Shown here piece after piece: positions 1-8,238 of a stretch of DNA of 16,775 bases (its first letter is position 1; every line of letters starts with the position of its first letter). The notes beneath the pieces are model-generated. The model was not told where the DNA came from and ran no database searches. It worked only from the letters and a program-made list of their open reading frames with translations. The stretch covers positions 1-16,775 of the forward strand of contig NW_021825102.1 in the NCBI RefSeq assembly GCF_006345805.1, given 5' to 3'. The position numbers and the translations under genes are program-made. The stretch comes from Octopus sinensis (lineage: Eukaryota).

Positions 1-989
1 ATCTGCGAGAATCGAGGTCTGCTTGCACCTTTACCTGCCAGTTTTGGCTACACCTTCTTCTCTTGTCCTAGCAAATTTGAACGCTCCTTGAGCTAAACGA
101 GATTATCCAATGGTTTCTCAAAATGCTGGATTTCACTTTCAACTGGACCATGGCAAGATTTTTGCCAAGGAAAGCAAAAAACGCAATTGGATGCTCATTT
201 TTTAGAGGAGAGTTTCTGGAATTCCTTTTCCGTCCAGAAAATGAAATTATTGTTCAAAAATCCTAGAGCCCTATCTGAACGGATTTAGGGAGAAAATGTA
301 AAAAATACGCTCGAATCACGAAAGTCAGAGTATTTAACCTCCTTGCTAGCAAAACGTCGGAAATTCAGGGACCTCCATTTTAAAGAGTGCAAAAAAACAG
401 CTTTAAGTAATTTCCTGAATTAATGAACTTAGGAGAAAGGTCTAATCTCAAGAATCTGCAAAAATAAAATATCCAATTTCGCAAAGAAATTTAGAAACAA
501 TCTGATTGTAGAATAAATAATTCAATCATATATTTAAAGAGTTGTTCCGTTTGATTTGATAAAAACGGAAAAAAATTGAGTAGGAAGATACTCACAAACG
601 TTCAACTCAGAATAGTCTTGCAATCTGTACATGAAGCCAATAAATATTGCAATAGTGGTCATATTTGTTTCTAAAATTTCCTTTGAGATCGTCTGGAACA
701 CAATACCTTTTTTTGCGAGTGTGCGTTTAAAAACGCTGGTACCGATCTCTATCAAAAGTGTTCTTTCTTCTCACCTATTAGACCGCTCGTCTCTAACGCC
801 AGAACAAATTACACACTGCTAAGAGTAGTTTACTTTGATTTTTTTGAGCTCAAACAAAAGAACGGCCATTTCCGGTAGCCATCGCCAAAAAACTCAAAGG
901 GCATTAACTAAAATTTTTATGAGCAACAAAATTGTATTAATAATGAATAAAGATAATATTAATATGAAAATAAGTTAATTGATTAAATT

Positions 990-1061
990 TAGCGGAACGA
1001 GGTTTCGATCCTCGGACCTCTGGGTTATGGGCCCAGCGCGCTCCCACTGCGCCATTCCGCT
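990..1061 (-). tRNA. tRNA-iMet: Initiator tRNA-Met (anticodon CAT)
   Basis: Reverse complement AGCGGAATGGCGCAGTGGGAGCGCGCTGGGCCCATAACCCAGAGGTCCGAGGATCGAAACCTCGTTCCGCTA folds as a 72-nt cloverleaf: acceptor stem AGCGGAA/TTCCGCT with A1:U72, anticodon arm CTGGG-CCCATAA-CCCAG with three G:C pairs, T arm CGAGG-ATCGAAA-CCTCG with A54/A60. These are hallmarks of eukaryotic initiator tRNA. A box (TGGCGCAGTGG) and B box (GGATCGAAACC) are present, with a T4 run about 20 nt downstream. Confidence 0.97.
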
Positions 1062-1397
1062 GAGTTTTATTTTTGTAGAATTTATTATTTAAGATTTTAG
1101 TTATAGTTTTCGTCAATAAAGTGTTTCCTATTTTTTTCTATAACAGGATGTAAATCTTCCAGAATAATTATATATTATATGAATCATAAGGACAACTTTA
1201 ATAAGAAATTTTTCATCGTTTATCAGTAATTAATAATTATTTAATAATCGAGTTATTCAGTTTGTAAAATTTTGTTTTATGATAATATCTTCGGAATGTG
1301 CATAAATAGAAATAAAACATTTCTTATTTTGGATTTTAACATTTGTTTTTAATATAAAATCAAATTTACTGCTAAAATAAAGCTTAGAATTCAACCT

Positions 1398-3044
1398 ATG
1401 GTGTTCGCTGCAGACAAAATTTCAAATCTTCTGCAAACTCTTTCAGTCCCTTTCAACAAAACTATTCGTCCTATAGAGGCTTCCTCGGGATTTAACATGC
1501 ACTGTATGGGAACTATCAGTTCAACACATCTTGAACAAAAACCTTCAGTCCTCTTCATGGGTTCCTACTCTTCTGGAAAGACATCTGCAATAAAATACTT
1601 ACTTCAAATTGATATTGCCGAACTTCGAGTTGGTCCCGAACCAACAACAGATATATTCCATGTTCTGACATATGGAGAGAAACAAGTCACTGTTGGCGGA
1701 ATAATTCTGATGAATGATCCACATTTTGGCTTCCAGAATTTTTTTCCTCATAATAAAGATATTGCCCGCCAATTTCAGTTGACGCGGATCAACAATATGT
1801 GTCTGAAAGCCATGGACATAATCGACAGTCCCGGATTTCTTAGTGGGGACAACATGGATGTACATCGAGGATACGATCTCCCAGGAGTATTAACAGAGTT
1901 GGCCACGAGAACAACCAGGATTTATATGATGATGGACGTTTTCAAAGTCGATTTCTCCTCTGAATGTAAAGATACGTTAAGACAAATGAGACCTATGCTG
2001 GGGAAGATGAGATTAATTTTCAATAAGGCAGACTATATTGATGAAGTAAATTTGATGCGCCTTTATGGAGCTTTCATGTATCATTCAGGTAAATTTGTTA
2101 TTTGATATCAAAGGAATGACATTTGGGGCCCCGGAAGTTCCGCGTGTTTTTATCTGCTCTTTATGGGATAAACCCTATAAACACGACCCCTATAGAGACT
2201 TGTTTGACAAAGAAAAGCTCGAGTTGATGAATGATTTACAAAAATTACCAGTATACCATTACCCACATATAATGGGTAATTTAATTGTGCGTCTGAACTG
2301 CTTTTTGGTAAAGTTTAGGAAATTACATGTAGAGATATTTGGTGACAATTAAACAATTTAAGAAAGTAATTCCAGTTTTCAAAAAAGAGAAAAAGAAAGA
2401 GGAAATACTTCTAAATTTTAAAAACTTCTACAATGATGTTTTGATTGAAGAAGAAATAGTTACAGGTGATTCCATAGTCTACAACCAAATTTTCGAAGCT
2501 GTGGTTAGTTTTGAGCAAATTTGAGTAGTAGAAAGTTTTAGATGTAAATAATCTTCCTGCCACCTGCAACAGAAAAAGTATTGACGCGGTCAAATTTCTA
2601 TTAAAAAATGTTGTTCCAAACGTATTGGGGAAACTCAACGCCATTCTCAACGAGTTTGATCAAGATAAAATAGAAGGTGGGGTTTTTGGAATTGTTAATG
2701 CTTCAAACAAACTGATTGAGAAAGAAGTGGAAAATAGTCTGTGTATTACAGCAGAACATATTGAAAAAGCAGACAAAATCTTCGCTACATTCCAGATAGT
2801 GGATGGAAGAGCTGATTCAGCACAAATCAAGCCGATTATGATGGAATCTAAACTGCCTTATGAGTCATTGGCGAAGATTTGGGAGCTTTCTTGCAATACG
2901 TTCGACGGGAAAATGGATATTTTTGAATGGAGAATAGCCAGTTTCCTTATTTCCCATTTGACGAATGGAAATGTTCTTCCGGTTACACTACCAGTGAATC
3001 TAAGAGCATCTTCAATGCGTTCTGAAGCAGATTCGGAAAATTAA
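1398..3044 (+). CDS. EHD: EH domain-containing protein (EHD/Rme-1/Past1 family dynamin-like ATPase); model join(1398..2088,2114..2307,2333..2503,2532..3044), 522 aa
   Basis: P-loop GSYSSGKTS, GPEPTTD, IIDSPGFLSG..RGYD, FNKAD, LMRLYGAFM, PEVPRVFICSLW, helical domain, and a C-terminal EH domain (SKLP..L.KIW..DG.MD..E...A..LI...LP.TLP). Removing three GT-AG introns (2089-2113, 2308-2332, 2504-2531) joins the four ORF-track pieces into one 1569-nt frame that is colinear with EHD proteins. Confidence 0.93.
2089..2531 (+). other. Three ultra-short GT-AG introns in EHD: 2089-2113 (25 nt), 2308-2332 (25 nt), 2504-2531 (28 nt)
   Basis: GTAAATTTGTTATTTGATATCAAAG, GTAAAGTTTAGGAAATTACATGTAG and GTTAGTTTTGAGCAAATTTGAGTAGTAG. 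Each restores frame exactly where the ORF track switches frame. Boundaries are inferred, with no transcript data. Confidence 0.85.
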
Positions 3045-3565
3045 ACTAAACTAGCTTAAAATTAATATTATTCTATTTTAAATAAAACAAGAATAAACTT
3101 AATTTATAAATTTAGCGGAATAAGTTTCCAATCTTTAGTTCTATTAAATTTGCTTAACATAAAAATTTTTATTGAAAAACATTTCAATTATTACGAGGAT
3201 TGATATTTAATTGTTAATTTACAGGTTGTTGATCACGACTAATTTAGAGGTAGAAAAAAATTAATCATAAATACATAACCCAAATGGAAGATTCTGTCAA
3301 TCTGATAAAATGACTTAGAAGGTTTAAAGAGGAGATAAAGAATTTAACATAAATCATTTCGAACTTGTGACGGCGATTAGAACCTCTGAAATCAGTTTGT
3401 AATAATTTTTAAGTAGAGTGTAAAATTTTTTTACCCAAAAACTATTCACGAACTTACAGCATGAATGGTAAAGAAATTCCTCAATGATGCCAAGAGCATT
3501 GAAGATAACACCTCAAACAACTATTTATTAATCGTTTGTAACAAATTTCAAATTTCAGATGGAGA

Positions 3566-4153
3566 TGTCGCTGTGGTGGAACTATGGACGAGTTCGAATT
3601 ACATCCCCTCTCCTGCCCCTGTAGTGCAGGCCATGCGCCTCGCCACAGCAAAGTAAATGACATTGTGAAGAGTTCCCTCAAACCTGTCGGTTTGGACAGA
3701 GGTGACGGCAAACGCCCTGACGGCTTAACTACATTCCCCTTCCAGCAGGGAAAATCCCTTATATGGGATTCTACCTGGTGTGAGACATTCTCCAACGGGA
3801 ACCTAGGAATGTCGGCCGTCAACCCAGGCTTCGCTTTCAATCGCGCTGAAGATCTCAAAATTCAGAAGTACGGTCACCTTTCTACTTTTGTTTTCATGCC
3901 CATCGCCATTGAGACTTCTGGGGTTTTTGGCCGCAAGTCGCTTTGTTTCCTACGCGGTTTGGGGAAAAGAATCGCCAAAAGGAGGGACGACCCGAAAGAG
4001 TCTTTTTGGCTTCTTCAACGCCTCTTCATTGCCGTAATCCGCGGAAACTGTTTTGCAAATCCACGAGGCTGGGAGGGCGCTCTAAACTGCGTAGTCTTAA
4101 ACAATTTTTCTCCTTTTCTGACTGTCTTTTTCAATAAAAGTCAATTAAAAAAA
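3566..4153 (+). mobile_element. 5'-truncated CRE-clade non-LTR retrotransposon: zinc knuckle plus restriction-like endonuclease (RLE) only
   Basis: Translation CRCGGTMDEFELHPLSC..AG.APRH..VND....KRPDGLTTFPFQQGKSLIWDSTW.ETFS...F.PIAIETSG.FG......LGKRI......E.FWL.QRL.IA..RGN matches the CCHC/RH/PD..D C-terminus typical of CRE-like elements. An AATAAA and an A-run at about 4134-4153 may be the 3' end. Confidence 0.8.
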
Positions 4154-4173
4154 ATTCAGAATTTCCTTCGACC

Positions 4174-4633
4174 AATAATTATTATTATTTTACCACATTC
4201 CGTAGTGACATAAACAGAGAAGAGTTATATTCTTACACGTGCCACACATGACACGTACTTCTGTACCAACGATTTCCAGCTTCCGCGGTTTTGGGTCAGT
4301 ATCCGAAGTTCGTCGAGATCATCACAGGTCTTCAGGGTTTTCTTTAAAAGCCTCAAGTAGTCTTGCAAAACAACCGGTAGGGTTGTTCTGGGTCGTCCTC
4401 GGAATTTTACGTCATCTGATAAGAAGTATTCTTCTATGGTCACGTAGGGAGGTGAAGTTGGATCCATCCTCAAGATGTGTCCAAATAGCCTCTAGAGACC
4501 ATTGACGATGTCCCGGCTAATTGGCCCCGAGTTGCTGATCTTGTAAATAGTCGAGTTGTTGATTTTCTTCGGCCAGTGTAAGCAGTTCAGAGAACGAAGC
4601 TAGTTTCTGTGAGAAGAATCGAGGTAATAATTA
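4174..4633 (-). mobile_element. 5'-truncated RTE-type LINE 3' end (same family group as 9856-12810), with stop codons
   Basis: RLFGHILRMDP..P....EEYFLSD..KFRGRPRTTLP...SCVARVRI* closely parallels the ORF at 9908-10588. It has a similar short 3' UTR and a (TAA)n tail at about 4174-4190. Homology stops at about 4625. Possible 8-bp TSD AATAATTA at 4174-4181 and 4626-4633 is weak evidence because it is AT-only. Confidence 0.85.
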
Positions 4634-4693
4634 AATAATGATATTTATTTGAAAAGTCCAGATAAAATTGATTTTTAATTATTGCGTCTGCTT

Positions 4694-4957
4694 TCAGTCG
4701 ATTCTCCTCCTCTTCGAGCCTGAGCAAGTGTCTTCGACGGGTACATTTATCCATTTTATAGGGCAGGCCACTTTTGTGATTGTTCTCGAGTCCGATTTAA
4801 TTGCATGCTTCCCCGCTGTAGGAAGGAGTTTATACTCCGGGCGCATGCTTTCCAATGTTCTCTTGATCACGATTGACTGGATATAAGCTCGCGTAGATTC
4901 CTGGACTTGCAAGGAGTTTTGGTAGTGTTTATAGAATCTGGATGTTACTCCATCCCA
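4694..4957 (-). mobile_element. Probable extreme C-terminal fragment of an R4/Dong-like RLE non-LTR retrotransposon ORF
   Basis: WDGVTSRFYKHYQNSLQVQESTRAYIQSIVIKRTLES resembles the recalled C-terminal motif WDG.VTK.H..Y...L.I....EAYIQS.VLKKTLES of R4-type retroelements in small parasite genomes. It is a GC-richer island in AT-rich flanks. Recalled from memory, not searched. Confidence 0.45.
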
Positions 4958-5095
4958 CTTTTTTATAATTAAATAATAAAATTTTTTTAATTTAATTGAC
5001 TATTGCCTTTCTCTGGTTTATACATGATATCTTTCAAAGAATAACAGGAACCGTCAAAATAGTTTCTTTTGACACATTCAAGCTGAAATTAGAAT

Positions 5096-5190
5096 TTAGT
5101 CACTTTTGGAATTGATCTCGGCATCTTTGAATGTTGCTTAGTCACTTTTGCATTTGATCTCAAGACTTTTTGAATGTTGTTTAATCACTT
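5096..5190. repeat. Short tandem duplication, about 2.2 copies of a 42/43-bp unit
   Basis: TTAGTCACTTTTGGAATTGATCTCGGCATCTTTGAATGTTGC (5096), TTAGTCACTTTTGCATTTGATCTCAAGACTTTTTGAATGTTGT (5138), TTAATCACTT (5181). Confidence 0.85.
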
Positions 5191-5510
5191 GCTTAAAAAA
5201 CAAAATATTTTTTGTGGCACTTTGCTTTGGGTAAGATTCACCTCAAAACTGAAATAGCATAGTTGGAGAACACACAACATCTCATTATTATTACTTTTAA
5301 GGCATTCAAAAAAGAAACTTAAGCTAACTAGTTTAGGTAACCCTGGCTTCCAAAGTGATAAAATTCTACTTGCACGCTATTCTAACTATCCTTTACTATG
5401 GATACCGACGTCTTTATGTGTAGAGGAATTCAATTGGATTAAAAAAATTTTTAAAAATGAACAAGTTTAACAACAATCGATCAAAAATTGAAAATTATAA
5501 AACTAAGAAA

Positions 5511-7000
5511 TTATGAAAAGGTAGTTCTCTTTCCCCTTTCACCACCTCGAAAACCACGGCCTCGATCATTGCCACGGAAACTTCCTCCACGGCCTCGATC
5601 ACCACCACGGAAACTTCCTCCACGTCCTCTATCACCGCCACGGAATCCACGTCCTTGACCTCCTCTAAAGCCTCCACGAAAACTGTCAGAATCTCCTCTG
5701 AAACCCCCTCTGAATCCTCCTCGACCACCTCCAGTCGACAACCTCTGACCTAAAACATCAGAAAAGAATAATATAACTTGTAGCAAAATCAGTAGTAATA
5801 TACCGACCATCAACCTCAAAAACAGACTCCATGGCCTTTTGGGCACTTTGTCGGGAAGGAAAGTCCACATAACCCAATCTATAATCAAAAAGCCAAAAAA
5901 AAAAAACCCTTGGAATTCCCACTCTCTCTGTCATAGATAACTCTGGCAGAAGATGATTTGGAAAGCTGCTTGGAGTGACTCCATTGTTGTGTTATAGTCG
6001 AGATTTTTGACAAATAAGGTGGCATTCTCCCCTGTTGCCTCCTCCTCTTGTTGTTGTTCTTCATCCGGTACAATTATCGACAATTTTCTCCCTTTTAATA
6101 GACTTCCCACCAAATCAAGGGCATTTGGCAACATTCCTGTTCCCACCATAGCCGTGGCAGTTCTATATGACCTAATTTCGCCAGATAAACCTTTTCTGCT
6201 TTTTAATTCTAGATACATTGACTCCATTGGACTCAAAGAACATTTTGATGTCACTCACTGTTACGTCAGAACCCAGGTTCCCTATCATGACAGAGACAGG
6301 GGACTCTAAATATATATTTCAAAGTCACTAACCGTTGGGCACATCAGAATTTTCGTCATCACTTTCTCTTCTTCACTTCTTTCTTCGTCGTCCTGAAAAA
6401 TGTTGCCAACTGCTGGAGTCCCCTCTTCTTCGTCAGATTCTTCTTCAAACTCATCGGTTTCATCCTCATCATTTTCTTGTAGATTTTTCTGAACGTTTCC
6501 GACAACATTTTCTTCTTCATCATCAGAATCATCCTCGCTGTCCGACTCTTCAGTTTTTTGTGGAGCATCCTCGACTTCCATATCAGAACTGTCCTCTTCT
6601 TCCTCAGAAGACTCCTCTGGTTTCGCTTGGATTGGGGTTTTGTCAATTTTGTACTGAGGTTCCTCATCACTTTCAGATTCCTCTTTTTCTACAACTTGTT
6701 CGACCTTGGGTGTTTCTGGATCAATTTCACTGTCGATGAATATTATTTAGTACTTTTTTTGCTGTTTTGATTAGTTAGGGGTGTGGTTTGCTTGTGTTTT
6801 TTTAAGTTCGTTTTTATGACTGGCATTTCCTCTATGGGTTGGTAAAATCGGTCTTAGTACCTTCTGAGGATTCACTTTCCTCGAGGACAACTGGTTCGGG
6901 GACTTTTTCTTTCTTTTCTTTAACAATTTGTTGGTCTATTAATATAATTGATTCATTAAATATTACTTTTAATTTTCTTCGACTTAACAACTTTCACCAT
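5511..7000 (-). CDS. NCL: Nucleolin-like protein (acidic N-terminus, two RRMs, RGG/GAR tail); seven short introns; frameshifts at several homopolymer sites
   Basis: Starts MVKVVKSKK (ATG at 7000) and has D/E/S-rich blocks. RRM1: VSVMIGNLGSDVTVSDIKMFF...ALDLVGSLLKGRKLSI. RRM2: TLFVKNLDYNTT.ESL..AF....ARVIYDRESGNSKGLGYVDF....AQKAME...VDGRYITTDFA. The RGG tail ends GKRTTFS*. Introns: 6936-6966 (31), 6832-6860 (29), 6730-6753 (24; or 6716-6753, 38), 6306-6332 (27), 6163-6190 (28; or 6172-6190, 19), 5879-5907 (29), 5750-5777 (28). Indels near 6366 and 5955-5965 break the frame but are intact in the second copy. Confidence 0.88.
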
Positions 7001-7131
7001 CAGAGAACTAACGTGTATAATAACGTGAAATGATAATTTAATATCTTTTAGCTTTACCAAATATTCTTGCAAATAAAATATTTTAAATTGTAAATTATTA
7101 ATAGTAATTGAAGTAAAGAAAAGGCTAGATG

Positions 7132-7353
7132 CTAACTAGAGTAGGTAAATGAAAGAGTAAACGAGAGCAAGGACTTTGCATTGCGAATTGAATGGCAGTT
7201 TCCACGGAAAACGGCGACCGAGTTTTGCTGAAAGAGCCAGCTTGTCTCTTTCCGGTTTTTTGTTTTCGAGAAAATTCTCCTACCAATGTCTGTGATGAGT
7301 TGAGTCGCGGTTTTGCCGACAATTCCTGAAGATTTGAAGACGAAAGTGGCAAA
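7132..7353 (-). mobile_element. Short CRE-clade RLE C-terminal fragment (not shown in the ORF track frame)
   Basis: An alternative minus frame reads FATFVFKSSGIVGKTATQLITDIGRRIFSKTKNRKETSWLFQQNSVAVFRGNCHSI, which aligns to the last ~60 aa of the copies at 3566 and 7657 (ETSG..G.......IG.RI......E...LFQRI..A..RGN..SI). Confidence 0.72.
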
Positions 7354-7656
7354 TATTTATATAGACGTATTAGAAATGAATGATTTGAAAACATTTTATT
7401 TTATTGATATTTTTGTGATAAATATTTCCACGCAAATGGTTTTTATATTCCAAAATCGTTCAATAAAAAGTGACTAGAATTAATAATTTGTGGCCAAAAA
7501 TAATATTCCTTGTATTGCTAATATCGATTCTTGGATGAAGTTCAAAATTTTTTTCAAAATACCAGGTTTTATGACAATAAATTTTTCATGTTATTTTTGA
7601 GATATTTTGAATTTAATTTTCTAGAAACAGTTTGAAAAATAAAATGTCACCGGTTT

Positions 7657-8238
7657 TTGCCTGGACCCGGCATCTGCTCGGGGGGCCAATACCGATGTGG
7701 TAGTAAAGTCGATACCAAAGGATTACACCCCCTTTCATGCAGAAAGAGCGTTGGCCGTGCACCCAGACATTCCGCCATCAACGATATCATTTTGGCTGCG
7801 TTACAAGCTGCTGGATTCCTTTCCGAACTGGAACCTGTTGTGCTTGATCGTGTAGACGGAAAACGTCCTGATGAAGTCGCAGTTTTTCCGTGGATTAATG
7901 GGAAATGCCTCGCGTGGAACTCCACGTGCATGAACACTTTCTCGAAGACGAATTTAGTCGACTCAGTCAAGGGTCTGCCGCTAAAAAAGCTCAAGAACTC
8001 AAAAATCTCGAAATATTCTAACTTGAAGGACAACGTGATCTTTTCCCAAATCTCCGTAGAAACATCCGGAGCCATGACCAACAAATCTCTGAAGCTTGTT
8101 GGGAGAATCGGGCAATTAATCTCCCGAAGAGGACGTGAGCCTCGGGAGAAACAATCGCTGTTCCAAAGAATCTTCACTGCGATTCTAAGGGGCAACGTCT
8201 TCTCGATCATTAGTAGTTTTAAATCAAAACTACCTTAA
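7657..8238 (+). mobile_element. 5'-truncated CRE-clade non-LTR retrotransposon: zinc knuckle plus RLE, catalytic residues altered
   Basis: 193-codon open frame: RCGSKVDTKGLHPLSC..SVGRAPRHSAINDII...LEP..LDRVDGKRPDE....PW..GK.LAWNSTC.NTFS...ISVETSGA...LFQRIFTAILRGNVFSI. The first knuckle Cys is Tyr, and the usual WD.T and DT aspartates read as Asn. Confidence 0.82.

Noticed and set aside
1-910. Coding-like frames: plus strand about 81-423 with one internal TAG, minus strand 534-755 with candidate short introns
   Set aside because: No consistent exon model or recognisable motif could be built. The region may hold real genes but is unsupported from sequence alone.
5084-5098. 15-nt identity TGAAATTAGAATTTA with 15953-15967
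   Set aside because: It is very AT-rich, does not extend, and its offset differs from that of the nucleolin duplication. Probably chance.
6393-6410. Possible 18-nt in-frame intron GTTGGCAACATTTTTCAG, and a similar GTTGTCGGAAACGTTCAG upstream
   Set aside because: Both encode similar peptides (VGNIFQ, VVGNVQ) separating acidic blocks, so a coding repeat is more parsimonious. It cannot be excluded without cDNA.
5495-6770. ORF-track products 5495-5728(-), 6007-6309(+), 6335-6739(+), 6359-6670(-), 6558-6770(+), plus 16359-16697(+) and 16485-16688(-)
   Set aside because: These are alternative-frame or antisense shadows of low-complexity nucleolin sequence.
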